Source: Candidatus Heimdallarchaeota archaeon (GTDB taxonomy: Archaea > Asgardarchaeota > Heimdallarchaeia > Hodarchaeales > Hodarchaeaceae). From it: a DNA stretch of 64,000 bases. The notes under the pieces are model-generated. The model saw only the letters and a list, made by a program, of their open reading frames with translations, made no database searches and was not told the DNA's origin. Where the stretch lies: assembly GCA_011364965.1 (NCBI GenBank), contig RDOB01000005.1, forward strand, positions 128,001 to 192,000, in the 5' to 3' direction. Shown here piece by piece: positions 20,366 through 31,063 of this stretch. Position 1 is the first letter of the stretch. Each line of letters opens with the position of its first letter. Position numbers and translations under genes: made by a program.

Positions 20366-21040
20366 TTGCCTAGTCCTCCAGTATTTAAACCTCAAGAAGA
20401 GGAACTCCGATCTAACTTTCTTAAATACACTCGTATAGCCTTTCAAGCCTTTTCTTTAAAGTCTACTCCCCGAATTTTAGACATTGGTTGTGGAACAGGA
20501 GTTCCAACACTAGAACTTGCGAAATTGACAAAAGGGGAAATTATTGCTCTAGATATTGATGAGTCAGCTCTTAAAGAATTAAATAGGAAGATTGAAATTG
20601 CAGGGTTATCATATCGTATTAAAACACAACTAGGTTCGCTTTATGAATTGGAATTTCCGCCTAATTCTTTTGATATTATTTGGGCTGAGGGTGTAACTAG
20701 CATCATCAGTGTAGAAACAGCCTTGAAAACCTGGTATGCTGTATTGAAACCTCAAGCATATCTGGTTATGCATGTAGATGCTCAGAATCTGGCTTTTGAT
20801 TTTGAAATGATTTCAAATCAATTAGGTTATGAGGTGGTTGAAACTTTTTTACTACCTGAAGATGCATGGTGGAAAGGATATTACTCTCCTTTGGAAAAAC
20901 AAATTCAAAGCTATCTTGAATTACATTCAAATAACAAACTTGCATTAGAGAGTGTAAAAACTTATTTAAAAACTATAAAACAAGTGAAAAAAAATCCATC
21001 ACGTTATAGATCGGGTTTTATTATATTTAAGCGGATTTAG
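20366..21040 (+). CDS. Class I SAM-dependent methyltransferase
   Basis: ILDIGCGTG, ALDID, FDIIWAEG. Confidence 0.9.
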   Translation: MPSPPVFKPQEEELRSNFLKYTRIAFQAFSLKSTPRILDIGCGTGVPTLELAKLTKGEIIALDIDESALKELNRKIEIAGLSYRIKTQLGSLYELEFPPNSFDIIWAEGVTSIISVETALKTWYAVLKPQAYLVMHVDAQNLAFDFEMISNQLGYEVVETFLLPEDAWWKGYYSPLEKQIQSYLELHSNNKLALESVKTYLKTIKQVKKNPSRYRSGFIIFKRI

Positions 21041-21127
21041 AAATTGTTTGAAAACATCCGATTATTCCTATTGTTTATAGGTATTTACATAACAAACCTT
21101 ATTTGCTCCTTAATGGAAAGATGACCT

Positions 21128-21586
21128 ATGAATGTCGAGCAACTGCTGAAACAAGCCATAATACGTCATTTAGATGAAACACACATCCTATTAGCTCAAT
21201 TATCAGGTTTGGACGTTAAACAAACCCCAATAGAGACTGGCAGGCCACTTGGCGAGATTATTTTGCATATGATACGTTCCCTTGAGTTTTATGCTCATGG
21301 ATTATTTGAAGATCACTGGGAAGCTTTGAAATACGATTTAGAGGTTTATTCTACAGGAGAGAGTATTTTTCAGCTTTATATTACAGTTAGTGAAACGGTT
21401 AAAGGTCTAGTAAACCATTTAACTCCTTCTATTTTAACACGAGAGTATTTAGAGTGGAATCGTCCAGCAACTGGAGCTGAGATACTTCTAGAAATGCTTG
21501 AACATAGTATTCAGCATCGTGGACAAATAATTGTTTATTATCGATTACTTGGGCTTGATCCAGTCAAAATTCCCTATATTCTCTAA
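21128..21586 (+). CDS. DinB/YfiT family protein
   Basis: GEIILHM and EHSIQHRGQ His triad pattern. Confidence 0.85.
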   Translation: MNVEQLLKQAIIRHLDETHILLAQLSGLDVKQTPIETGRPLGEIILHMIRSLEFYAHGLFEDHWEALKYDLEVYSTGESIFQLYITVSETVKGLVNHLTPSILTREYLEWNRPATGAEILLEMLEHSIQHRGQIIVYYRLLGLDPVKIPYIL

Positions 21587-21968
21587 TTGAACTTCTTATC
21601 AGAGGTAAAATTGAACGATATTCCAGAGGAGAGTATAATACCTTCAAGTGTCCTCAAGATGGATTTGAGATAGGAAAATAAGTAAAGCTAGGTTAAAAAC
21701 AATTATCCAGCTAATGAATGTGATAATCTCTTTCAGCACATGGGTGCACCTGATTGCTCAAACTGGTATAAAAGTTAGTTTTAAATTATTCTTGACTTGA
21801 GGATCGAAATGTACAAAGATTAAAAATAATTTGATCAAACATTGTTTTTCTAAACTCTCACTCACGGTTTATTTTCTTCCGTAATCAAGAATTTATATAG
21901 CTTAAAGCTCTCTCATATAGATAACTTTGAAGGACGAATTACTTAAATAAGGATAGGATCCTGAAGTT

Positions 21969-24626
21969 TTGCTCTTCCTCAAATTAGCGTTTGCAAATGT
22001 CATTCGCAATCGTCGAAGTGGTTTATCTATTGCTATAGGTATATTTTTATCCTTGATTCTATTCAATGCCTTAAATTTTAATTTAGTGCTGGTGCAGGAC
22101 GAGATAATTTCAAGTATGGTTTTTTCTCCATATGAGATATTGGGATATTCTTATTATTATGAAGGAGATTCTTCTAAACTCTTAAATGATACCGCAACCT
22201 GGGATGAAATTTCAGCTGAAGCTGAAATTCAATCAGTTAACCCTATAGCTTCATCCTATGCATACGGATCGGATTCAAACCTCGACTATTCTTTCTACGG
22301 AGTGAGAGAGGATGATTGGGAAAAAATATTAACAACGGTAAATCCCGATGTTATTGAGGGAAGCTTAAACTTTACTATATATGATGGCTCAAACATTCCT
22401 GTTATAGGTTTTGCTACAACACCCAAGATTGAAAACGAGACCCTTGCGATTGTAAGCTATGACAGATTTAATATTACTCTAGATATACTCGGATGGACAT
22501 ATTTCGATACTACAGAGACATTTTTCTCCACTAAATTTGATTTAGAGCTTATTCAAAGACCAAATAGCTTCGTTTTTATCACTTTATTTCCTTATATGAT
22601 TAAATTCAATTTTTTTGACTTAGAATTGCTAATTAAATTGGAATCCAATGTTATAGATTATCAGGATGTCGTGGGGACAGTAAGTCGCATCGATAAACTT
22701 GTTACTCGACTTAACCTAAAATATGGAACCGACTATTGGTTTTACTCCCCAGTATCGGGACAACTAGCAGGAGCTCAATTCGCTATCTATGTCTTTTTGG
22801 TTGTTTCATTAATATTCTTATTACCATTCTTTTTTCTTTCTTTTTATCTCTCCAAATTATCCTCTGATTTGAATTTAGAATCTCGTCGAATTCAATATAG
22901 TATATTTCTTACCCGAGGAGTACACCCTAAAACTATTCAACGATCCTATCTTGCTGAGGGAGTAATTCTAGGTTTAATAAATGGAATAATAACATTTCTG
23001 CTTACTCCTGGAGTGGGATTATTCTTTGGCGGTTTTCTACCAGTGAATATTCCTTCCTTACCAGTTTTAGATTTATGGATTAACTACTACGTCCAAAATT
23101 CTGCTCAATTATTTTGGAGTATTGGCATTGGGATGGCTTTAGGATTTATGATTATGCGTATACCTCGTTATTATCTATTCCTTTCTCCTCATGAACTTAT
23201 GCATAAGTATCGTATAGAGGAAGGAGAGACTGTTAAAGTCCGAGGACGAAAAGATTTAGCAATTCTTATGATAGGCCTCTATCCCGTTGGGATGGGGATT
23301 CTCTTAGTGCTTTCTATAATTCTTCAAGCTCCAACTATTTTTTATTTTGTTCTTGTACTCTTAGGGTCTTATTCCTTGTATGTTATTCCGTTTAGCCCCT
23401 TTTTAATATCCTATGGATTATCATCGATTTTAGCTCGACAACGATGGTTACTTTTAGCGATTTCTCGTATCTTTACAAAACCCTTTCCAGCTTTACGACC
23501 TTTGGTCGAACGATTGGTTTTTTCGAAATTATACCGGATTTCACGAATCGCGTTTGTTATGGCTTTAGCTTTAACATTTATCATTTTTCCATTAATACTT
23601 GCTGCTTCTTTTGAAGCTTATAATGAGAACTTAGCAAATTTCACACTAGGAGGGGATATCCGGATTGATGTAACTATGAATTCAAGTATTAGCTTGGAAA
23701 TTCTGAAACAGAGAACTGAAGTAAAAGAGGTGGCTTTAATACAACGATCTTATGAAAAAAGTTTTACAAAGGTTCATTTAAATCCCTCTGAATATTTGAA
23801 ATCGGTTGAAGTACGTCCTTTCTGGCGACTAGACCAAGAAAAGCTAGCTAATCTTTCAGCAACGTCTGTTTTTGTATCCAATATGGTATTGAAGGATTTT
23901 AGCGTAAAGATCGGAGATTGCTTAACATTCAATGATACTGAATACACCATAGTGGGGAGTTTTATAGCTTTGGGAGGAACAGATATAATTACAGGAAGTA
24001 CCTATGTAGCAGTGTTTAATAATCAACTAAATCCTCAGTTTAATTCAGGGAGTTTTGTTCTGAAAATGGATAAACTTTCAGTAACCTCGGTTAGGACTCT
24101 TTATGATTTCATTACAGAGTTAGATTCCAGCGCTAATTTTAAATCGAAAATTGACTTTAAAGACCCTTCTGATCAACCAGAATCCTTTGATATCTTTCTA
24201 TTTTTAATCCGAATATTAGAAACTCAGGCTTTACTTCTCTCATTTATTAGTATCTTTACACTTGCTTTTCTAATGGTTATAAGGGTGCGGGAACGAACTC
24301 AAGAATTGGGTATATGGCGCAGTAAAGGAATGAGTGATAGGCAGCTAATAGAAGGAATGGTCATAGAAACAGCGAGCATAGGAACACTCGGGATTTTGGT
24401 GGGTTTATTGACAGGAACACTCCTAATAGTCGGGTTTCAGGGATTCATTTTGAATACAATTGTGGAAGGTGTGTCTCTAATTCCTCTCGAATTGGTCATT
24501 CCCATTGAAATGTGGATTTTATTCTTCTTAATGACCCTGGGAGTAATAATAATTGCGTTGATTATTGGTTTGTGGGTTACATTAACCCCCATATCTGAGC
24601 AAATTCGTTATGAAGATTATACATGA
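21969..24626 (+). CDS. FtsX/MacB-like ABC transporter permease (duplicated)
   Basis: LAFANVIRNRRS N-terminus; two permease motifs (RRIQYSIFLTRG, ERTQELGIWRSKG). Confidence 0.88.
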   Translation: MLFLKLAFANVIRNRRSGLSIAIGIFLSLILFNALNFNLVLVQDEIISSMVFSPYEILGYSYYYEGDSSKLLNDTATWDEISAEAEIQSVNPIASSYAYGSDSNLDYSFYGVREDDWEKILTTVNPDVIEGSLNFTIYDGSNIPVIGFATTPKIENETLAIVSYDRFNITLDILGWTYFDTTETFFSTKFDLELIQRPNSFVFITLFPYMIKFNFFDLELLIKLESNVIDYQDVVGTVSRIDKLVTRLNLKYGTDYWFYSPVSGQLAGAQFAIYVFLVVSLIFLLPFFFLSFYLSKLSSDLNLESRRIQYSIFLTRGVHPKTIQRSYLAEGVILGLINGIITFLLTPGVGLFFGGFLPVNIPSLPVLDLWINYYVQNSAQLFWSIGIGMALGFMIMRIPRYYLFLSPHELMHKYRIEEGETVKVRGRKDLAILMIGLYPVGMGILLVLSIILQAPTIFYFVLVLLGSYSLYVIPFSPFLISYGLSSILARQRWLLLAISRIFTKPFPALRPLVERLVFSKLYRISRIAFVMALALTFIIFPLILAASFEAYNENLANFTLGGDIRIDVTMNSSISLEILKQRTEVKEVALIQRSYEKSFTKVHLNPSEYLKSVEVRPFWRLDQEKLANLSATSVFVSNMVLKDFSVKIGDCLTFNDTEYTIVGSFIALGGTDIITGSTYVAVFNNQLNPQFNSGSFVLKMDKLSVTSVRTLYDFITELDSSANFKSKIDFKDPSDQPESFDIFLFLIRILETQALLLSFISIFTLAFLMVIRVRERTQELGIWRSKGMSDRQLIEGMVIETASIGTLGILVGLLTGTLLIVGFQGFILNTIVEGVSLIPLELVIPIEMWILFFLMTLGVIIIALIIGLWVTLTPISEQIRYEDYT

Positions 24627-25594
24627 ATGGTAGGATAAAATTGAGTAGCTTTATTGAAATTAAGGACTTGAATAAACAGTACATGTCTGCAGCTGAAGTA
24701 CCTATCCTTGCATTACGAAATCTAAATCTAGAAGTAGCTGAAAATGAAATCGTTACAATTATGGGTCCATCAGGATGTGGGAAAACGACACTTTTAACTA
24801 TGTTAGGAGGGATTGCTTCTCCTACTTCTGGATTCATTCGTGTAGGTAATTATTATTTGACCTCGCCAGAAATGATGTCTCGCATTTTTAGTTCCGCTAC
24901 TCATACCGAGTACCGACAGAAGTCCGTAGGATTTATTTTTCAATTGCATAATCTCTCTCCTATTCATACTGCGCTTGAAAACGTCGAATTGCCATTAATA
25001 TTTGCCAGTGTTCCTCGAGAAGTTAGAAAAAAGCGTGCTAAAGAATTATTGGAACAGGTAGGTTTAGCTAATAGGATTACTCATAGGCCAGATGCACTCT
25101 CTGGAGGAGAGCGTCAACGAGTAGCTGTTGCTACCGCATTTGCTAACAATCCATCCCTTATCCTAGCAGATGAACCCACTGGAGAATTAGATTCTGAAAA
25201 TTCTCGTATGATATGTGAGTTATTTTTAGAACTAAAGAAGAGAAACAATTTTACAATGATTCTTGTCACTCATGATCCAAAAGTTGCAGCAATTGGAGAC
25301 CGTGTTCTCGAAATGCGTGATGGAGCTATACGAGGAGAAATTCCAAAAGAGACGGTTAGAACCCTCACTCCTAGCAGTCAAGAATCAAAAGAATCCTCAA
25401 GGCAATTCCCCTTTCCTCCAAAATTCTGTGGAGCTTGTGGTTCAAATTCTATAATTTTACCAAAAACAGAAACAAGGTCGGGATTTTGGACTGAAGCAAG
25501 CGGAAAAAGGATCTATTATGAGCTAAGATTCGCGCAATGCGTCCAATGTGGTCAAGTGTTCTGGCAACCGACTAATATAGACATTGAATCCTAG
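24623..25594 (+). CDS. LolD/MacB-type ABC ATP-binding protein with a C-terminal zinc ribbon
   Basis: GPSGCGKT, LSGGERQRV, LADEPTG, VTHD; C-terminal CGAC...CVQC; ATGA overlap with the permease. Confidence 0.92.
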   Translation: MNGRIKLSSFIEIKDLNKQYMSAAEVPILALRNLNLEVAENEIVTIMGPSGCGKTTLLTMLGGIASPTSGFIRVGNYYLTSPEMMSRIFSSATHTEYRQKSVGFIFQLHNLSPIHTALENVELPLIFASVPREVRKKRAKELLEQVGLANRITHRPDALSGGERQRVAVATAFANNPSLILADEPTGELDSENSRMICELFLELKKRNNFTMILVTHDPKVAAIGDRVLEMRDGAIRGEIPKETVRTLTPSSQESKESSRQFPFPPKFCGACGSNSIILPKTETRSGFWTEASGKRIYYELRFAQCVQCGQVFWQPTNIDIES

Positions 25595-25850
25595 TCAAAA
25601 AAGATTTTGCGAAAAGATTTTTCTTCTTGATTGGATTTTTAAAATTCGCATAGATTTCCATTTGCTGGTTGATAGAATAGATATCTTGTTCTTTTGACTT
25701 AAAAGTCGGTTTTTTTCTTTCTCTCGATTTGACCTTTTTCTTCTTCATATATAAGCATGCCTTTAAATAATTCTTCTATTATATATATTAATTGTATGAT
25801 ATTACACATTAAAAACACATTATTTATTTAAGTAAAGAAGGAAAAGATAG

Positions 25851-27740
25851 ATGAATCTACCAACTCCAAATTTCAAAAAAATATCTCACCGAATAGTGAT
25901 ATTGAGTTTACTAGTAGCTTTAGTACCTTTGACCATTCAAGCATTACTAGATGCGAATGCTCTGGAAAGTCAGCTGTATCAATCCAAAGAAAAAGAATTA
26001 GAAAACAGATCAGTTGATTTATCTCATATCACTGACAAATACTTTTCAGAAGCTGCAGATTTAATACACTCACTGGCGGACTCCCCCCTTCTACAAGATT
26101 CAGCATTAAATGCTTCAAATCAAGATTTGAACATACTGTGGGATGCATACGAAGGCTCGAATTACGATAATGAAGCTAATCAAAAGGCAAACAAAACAGC
26201 TATTCCCTGGGATCCCACTAATGACCTATTCCCAAACATTTCGGTCTATATAAATGAATTTGCGATTAAAAATAATTTTACCGAAATTTTTGTGGCTGAT
26301 GCACAGGGACGAGTATATGCTACAACCGAGTCAGTACCTGGTGATTTCCTACAGATAGATGAAGACTGGTGGACAGCTACTGAGAACTCAGAAACATGTG
26401 AGTTCACTGAATTCGAGTATGATGACAGCTCTGCAGCTTATGTATTGACAATAGTCCATGAAATTGAATTAGATAATACAACAACTGTTGGTATGATTAA
26501 AACCGCTTTTAACGTTAATGCTGTTACTAATGCAATTAGAGAGGTTATAGAACATTCACTACACGATACAGAGGAGCATGATCATGAACATGAAGGTACC
26601 ATTGAAGGCGTAACTACCTTTACTATCGGATTGGATGGATCGATAATCATTCACATGGAAGAGAACCTGATTGGTAAAAATATAACAAATTTCATGCCTG
26701 AAAGAAGTGTGCTAAATAAACAGATTTACACTGAGCTTAAAGAAGGGCTCATTCCCGTTGGTTACGGAAAAATAGCTTATATGAACACATCTTATTATGC
26801 AAGCTATCAGAAACTCCATAATTGGGAATTCTGCATTTTTGTTATCGAAGATAGTAAAGTGATTTCTGATGCCATAGCAGGCCAGTGGATTAGAAATCTT
26901 TTGTTACAGTTGTTTTTAATAGTTATTGCTGTAGTATTTGCGGTTTTCGCTGCTAGAACCCTAGCTAATCCAATTAAGAACATTGCATTGATAACCCAAA
27001 AAGTAGCAGACGGAGATCTCAATACTAAACTTGGTGAATCCGAATTGAAAAGAGCTGATGAGATCGGACAGCTAAGTAATTCATTTGAAAAAATGATTGA
27101 CAATCTGAATGATTTCATATATAGTTCGCAAGCAGCTGCGGAAGAAGTCTCAGCATCTGCGGAAGAATTAGCTTCTACCAGCGAAGAAGTTAATGCACTC
27201 TCTGAAGAAATCGCTGCAACCGTACAACAAGTCACCCGAGGTGCTACAACTCAATCTGAATTGGCTATCAAAGCAATAGAAAGTTTAAACTCAATGTCTA
27301 CCGTAGTGGATACAGCTCTCAATGATATAAGTGCTACCATACAAATTATTGAAGATATTGCTACTCAGACAAATATCTTAGCACTAAACGCTGCAATAGA
27401 AGCTGCACGTGCTGGTGAATCAGGTCGGGGATTTGCAGTAGTTGCGGATAATGTTCGTCGCTTAGCGGAAGAAACAAAAAATAATTCTGCAGAAATTACT
27501 ACTTTTAGTGATAGAATTATCCAAAATATCCAATCAAGTGTAAAAGGACTTGCTGACACTCTTCAGAGTTTCGCTGCTCAATCCGAAGAATTTAGCGCGT
27601 CAAGTGAGGAAGTAGCGGCATCAACTGAAGAACAAAGTTCCGCAATGCATCAATTAACAGTTGCAGCTCAATCTTTGACAAAATTAGGGGAAGATCTCTC
27701 TCTACGAGTTATGAGTTATAAAACGAAGGAAGAAAAGTAA
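25851..27740 (+). CDS. Methyl-accepting chemotaxis protein with Cache-like sensor and HAMP domains
   Basis: TM-sensor-TM-HAMP ([10 protein letters not shown]); [35 protein letters not shown]. Confidence 0.95.
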   Translation: MNLPTPNFKKISHRIVILSLLVALVPLTIQALLDANALESQLYQSKEKELENRSVDLSHITDKYFSEAADLIHSLADSPLLQDSALNASNQDLNILWDAYEGSNYDNEANQKANKTAIPWDPTNDLFPNISVYINEFAIKNNFTEIFVADAQGRVYATTESVPGDFLQIDEDWWTATENSETCEFTEFEYDDSSAAYVLTIVHEIELDNTTTVGMIKTAFNVNAVTNAIREVIEHSLHDTEEHDHEHEGTIEGVTTFTIGLDGSIIIHMEENLIGKNITNFMPERSVLNKQIYTELKEGLIPVGYGKIAYMNTSYYASYQKLHNWEFCIFVIEDSKVISDAIAGQWIRNLLLQLFLIVIAVVFAVFAARTLANPIKNIALITQKVADGDLNTKLGESELKRADEIGQLSNSFEKMIDNLNDFIYSSQAAAEEVSASAEELASTSEEVNALSEEIAATVQQVTRGATTQSELAIKAIESLNSMSTVVDTALNDISATIQIIEDIATQTNILALNAAIEAARAGESGRGFAVVADNVRRLAEETKNNSAEITTFSDRIIQNIQSSVKGLADTLQSFAAQSEEFSASSEEVAASTEEQSSAMHQLTVAAQSLTKLGEDLSLRVMSYKTKEEK

Positions 27741-27765
27741 CACGATCTGTTTTTGGAATGTTAAT

Positions 27766-27792
27766 CTTTTCTTTTTCCTTTTCTTTTTCTCT
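27766..27792 (+). terminator. Pyrimidine/oligo-T tract, archaeal-type terminator
   Basis: Repeated T4-5C runs about 25 nt after the MCP stop. Confidence 0.45.
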
Positions 27793-27962
27793 TACTAAAA
27801 AATTTATGAGCTATACATATTGTTTTGGATTTAATCTAAAGAAGTAATACCTAAAAACTTAACTACGATATAAACAAAGGGAAGCATAAGAATCCTACTT
27901 TATCTAAGCTTAATGACAAGTGTCCTTATTCTAGTAGACCGCTTTTCGGAGGAACGTCAGTT

Positions 27963-28367
27963 ATGGTAACATTTCAAGAACTAGATAAGCAATCGAAATA
28001 TATTAGTTTAACAACGTATTATAAAAATGGAAAAGGCGTAGCTACTCCAGTAGAATTTGCTGAACAGGACGGATTGATTTATGTTAATACTCGGAAAAAA
28101 TCCTGGAAAGTGAAACGAATCAAAGGAAATCCTAAAGGATCAATTGCTCTCTGTACTATGAGAGGTAAACTTCTAGGAGAGAAGCTAAATGTTAACATAC
28201 GAATCTTGCCAAAAGAGAAAGAAGCTTATGCACAAGAAGTTCTCAATCAAAAACTTACAAAGGGATTTAACAAATTTTTCATTTATTTATTTAAATTCAT
28301 GGCAAAGCTAACTTTCTGGAAAACACCTGATGTTCGGGTTTTCCTCGAGATTTCCCCAACCTCTTGA
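27963..28367 (+). CDS. PPOX-class (F420/flavin-binding) oxidoreductase
   Basis: YISLTTYYKNGKGVATPV...SWKVKRIKGNP. Confidence 0.85.
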   Translation: MVTFQELDKQSKYISLTTYYKNGKGVATPVEFAEQDGLIYVNTRKKSWKVKRIKGNPKGSIALCTMRGKLLGEKLNVNIRILPKEKEAYAQEVLNQKLTKGFNKFFIYLFKFMAKLTFWKTPDVRVFLEISPTS

Positions 28368-28538
28368 TAGGAAAAAGGGAAGATTTGGGGGTCTCAAACT
28401 CTGAGCTATTGCTCGGTGTTTGTGTTACTCACACGCAAACCGCGATCCGCTCAACTGCTGTTGGTTTAGAAATAAGTTTTATAATATTTATACCTAACCT
28501 GATCTATATTTATAGTCGGAAGAAACAGAAGATATGAA

Positions 28539-29018
28539 TCAAGGGAATTTATCTTTTAATCCGTATTTATCTTCTACTTTTTCCAATTCTAATAAAAAAT
28601 TAAGGTCTTTAGCATAAGTAAACATACCTGGAGCATCAGTAGCGCGATTTTTAAACCCATATGGTTCATAGAAAGGTCCAAATCCCTTAGCTGCCATCAA
28701 TCCAACAAAAGCTGTCGGATCTGCATGTATTTTCAAATAATTCATGATTTTTTGCATAATTTGTCTACCGATCCCTTGACGCTGCCAAAGTGGATGAACA
28801 ATCACGTCTTGAATGTAAAAATATATGCCATTATCCCCGATTACCCGTCCATAACCAATTAATTGAGTTTCATGATAAACGCAAATAGAATAAAGAGAAT
28901 TAGCTAAACTTTTTTCCACTGCTTTACCAGAAACAGTAGACCAACCAACTAACGCTCGTAAAGTTAGATAATCTCTCACAGAGGGAATAGCTTCTTCAAA
29001 GATGAAATTTTTCGTCAT
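28539..29018 (-). CDS. GNAT N-acetyltransferase
   Basis: YIQDVIVHPLWQRQGIG motif A; FYEPYGF. Confidence 0.9.
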   Translation of the reverse strand: MTKNFIFEEAIPSVRDYLTLRALVGWSTVSGKAVEKSLANSLYSICVYHETQLIGYGRVIGDNGIYFYIQDVIVHPLWQRQGIGRQIMQKIMNYLKIHADPTAFVGLMAAKGFGPFYEPYGFKNRATDAPGMFTYAKDLNFLLELEKVEDKYGLKDKFP

Positions 29019-29344
29019 CTTTCATCAATTCCTTTTCCTTCAAACTTATAGTTATAGTTTTTCATCTTAGAGTATAATACCTCCAATATTGTTTTTCCTT
29101 ACCTATGCAAATTCTCAATATAAGAGGAACATATACATGTGAAATAATAAAACCAAAGAACGAAAGGACATGAATTCACATAAAATTATAGAAATTGGCT
29201 ATATCTTAAAAACCTACTACTTTAATATGCTATTATCCTCCACAGTATTAATCGTACTCATCCTTTTTACATTCCTATAATAATATTAGGTTGGTTAGTT
29301 TGACATAATCAGTTTTATTATGGTAATAAAAAACCCATCTAGAG

Positions 29345-29825
29345 ATGAAATTACAATACTATCTAATTACAATACTATCCTTCATTATAATCCTACTTGT
29401 GGGGATTTCAAGGATCTATTTAGGAGTACATTGGTTATATAATGTTTTAACTGGTTGGATGTTTGGATTAGCGTTATTAATAATAGTAGTTTTCATCACG
29501 GAACCCCTTAAAAGATTTATAACCACTCAAAATCTCACTCAGAACCAACTCTTCATTGGATTGGCTTTTTTTGGATTTATATTCATGATTCTTACAGCAA
29601 TCCTAGATTGGTCTAGGTTTGGGATTTTATCTAGAGAACATGTATGTAAATTTTCAAAATAAACAGAGAAACAATAATCGATGGTTCATCATTGTGCGAG
29701 TGATTGTCAGTTTAGTAATAGTTTTGGGGATTTATTTAATTTCTGATATCTTTTTATCCTCGAGTATCTTCTGGCAACAAGCATTATTCTATATAATTAT
29801 TTTACTCTCAGGAATCCTTGGTTAA
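29345..29825 (+). pseudogene. PAP2 phosphatase remnant (5'-truncated, frameshifted)
   Basis: SRIYLGVHW (PAP2 C3 motif) in 29345..29662; the TM C-terminus continues in another frame (29619..29825); C1 and C2 motifs absent. Confidence 0.7.
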
Positions 29826-29857
29826 TCCTATTTTTTTAATCAATTAGGTTTTTGAAG

Positions 29858-30685
29858 TTATGCTCGTTGCAGATGATCTTGTACAAGTTGAAAAAATTCT
29901 TCTGGTTTTACAAGGAGAGGCATATGTTCTCCCTCTTGAAAATAATAAAAGTTCGCTCTGGGATATAGTTCCTCAAGTGAAGCAGCAGCATTTGAGGACA
30001 CTCCTGGATCATTTGCTGAAATAATGATTAACATTCGATGTTGAAAGGGAAGGGTGGATTCTACAGTAAGTTTAATACTCTTTTGAAAATCTAATAAACT
30101 CTCAAAATGACAGATAATATCTGGCTTATCTAATAGACGAGAATTAATGATTAACCGGAGTAGCTTAATAATCTGATCACGGTTGTCAACATTGAGAGGA
30201 ATTAAATTACTAAAAGATCTAAACATGACTTTACGAACGATGAAAGCTGGTACCAGTTTAATTAAAGTAAGACTCCTATTTATTTGTTTTGGAAATGATG
30301 AGTCACTACTAAGTGTGCCAGTGTTTGAAATTACAATTCTATTTATCAAATTCGGGGCATAATACATGAAAGCTTGAACCATAAGCCCTCCAAAGGAACT
30401 TCCATATACATGAGTTTTCTTAATCCCCTCTATAGCTAAAATTTCTCTAATTCCGTCTGTCAAGTCTTTTAATCGACTTATTCGGGGATAAATGGGAATA
30501 ATAATGCGAAAATAAGTTGCTAAATTACGAACAAAGTCTCCCCCATAAACTGGACGGCGCATTCCTCCAGGAAATAGAATTAAAGCTTGATTTCCGTTAC
30601 CTAATACAGCATATTCCCATTTGATATCCTTATATTTGATGGATTTCCAAATAGTATCAGGAGTAGGGTGATAATCATATTCCAT
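29858..30685 (-). CDS. Alpha/beta hydrolase (start MEYDYHP at 30685)
   Basis: GSSFGG nucleophile, D, GEHMP; the longer ORF start overlaps the divergent gene. Confidence 0.85.
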   Translation of the reverse strand: MEYDYHPTPDTIWKSIKYKDIKWEYAVLGNGNQALILFPGGMRRPVYGGDFVRNLATYFRIIIPIYPRISRLKDLTDGIREILAIEGIKKTHVYGSSFGGLMVQAFMYYAPNLINRIVISNTGTLSSDSSFPKQINRSLTLIKLVPAFIVRKVMFRSFSNLIPLNVDNRDQIIKLLRLIINSRLLDKPDIICHFESLLDFQKSIKLTVESTLPFQHRMLIIISANDPGVSSNAAASLEELYPRANFYYFQEGEHMPLLVKPEEFFQLVQDHLQRA

Positions 30686-30769
30686 TTTAATCACTTGACC
30701 AATAATCAATGATTTTTCAATGTTAAACCTATTAAGGTATAGAATCCTATTGTTGGGAAGGGATGTTAA

Positions 30770-31045
30770 TTGGATCAAATAGAAGAAGCTGCTGTAAAAA
30801 TCTTTAACGCGATCTTCAATAACCAAAAAACAATCGATTTGAATGGGGAATGCTATAGAATACAAAAAACGCGTACTGGGTTACGCAATGTGACCTTTAA
30901 AGGTATTTGGTTCATAGAACAAAATCCTAATAAAGATTCTTCAACAGCGAAACTTGCAAGGGAAGGGCATAAGCTTTTATGGGGCATTAAGGGGCGTACA
31001 TATATCATCAAGGTTCTTGATGGAAAATATGAACGCCTTCACTAA
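30770..31045 (+). CDS. Small conserved hypothetical protein
   Basis: FIEQNPNKDSS..A motif; GGGA upstream of the TTG. Confidence 0.65.
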   Translation: MDQIEEAAVKIFNAIFNNQKTIDLNGECYRIQKTRTGLRNVTFKGIWFIEQNPNKDSSTAKLAREGHKLLWGIKGRTYIIKVLDGKYERLH

Positions 31046-31063
31046 TTTGTTCCTCATTTCTAC

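Noticed and set aside
21590-21960. Possible membrane-gene fragment on the minus strand (...FISWIIVFNLALLIFLSQIHLEDT*)
   Set aside because: Too short and interrupted to assign.
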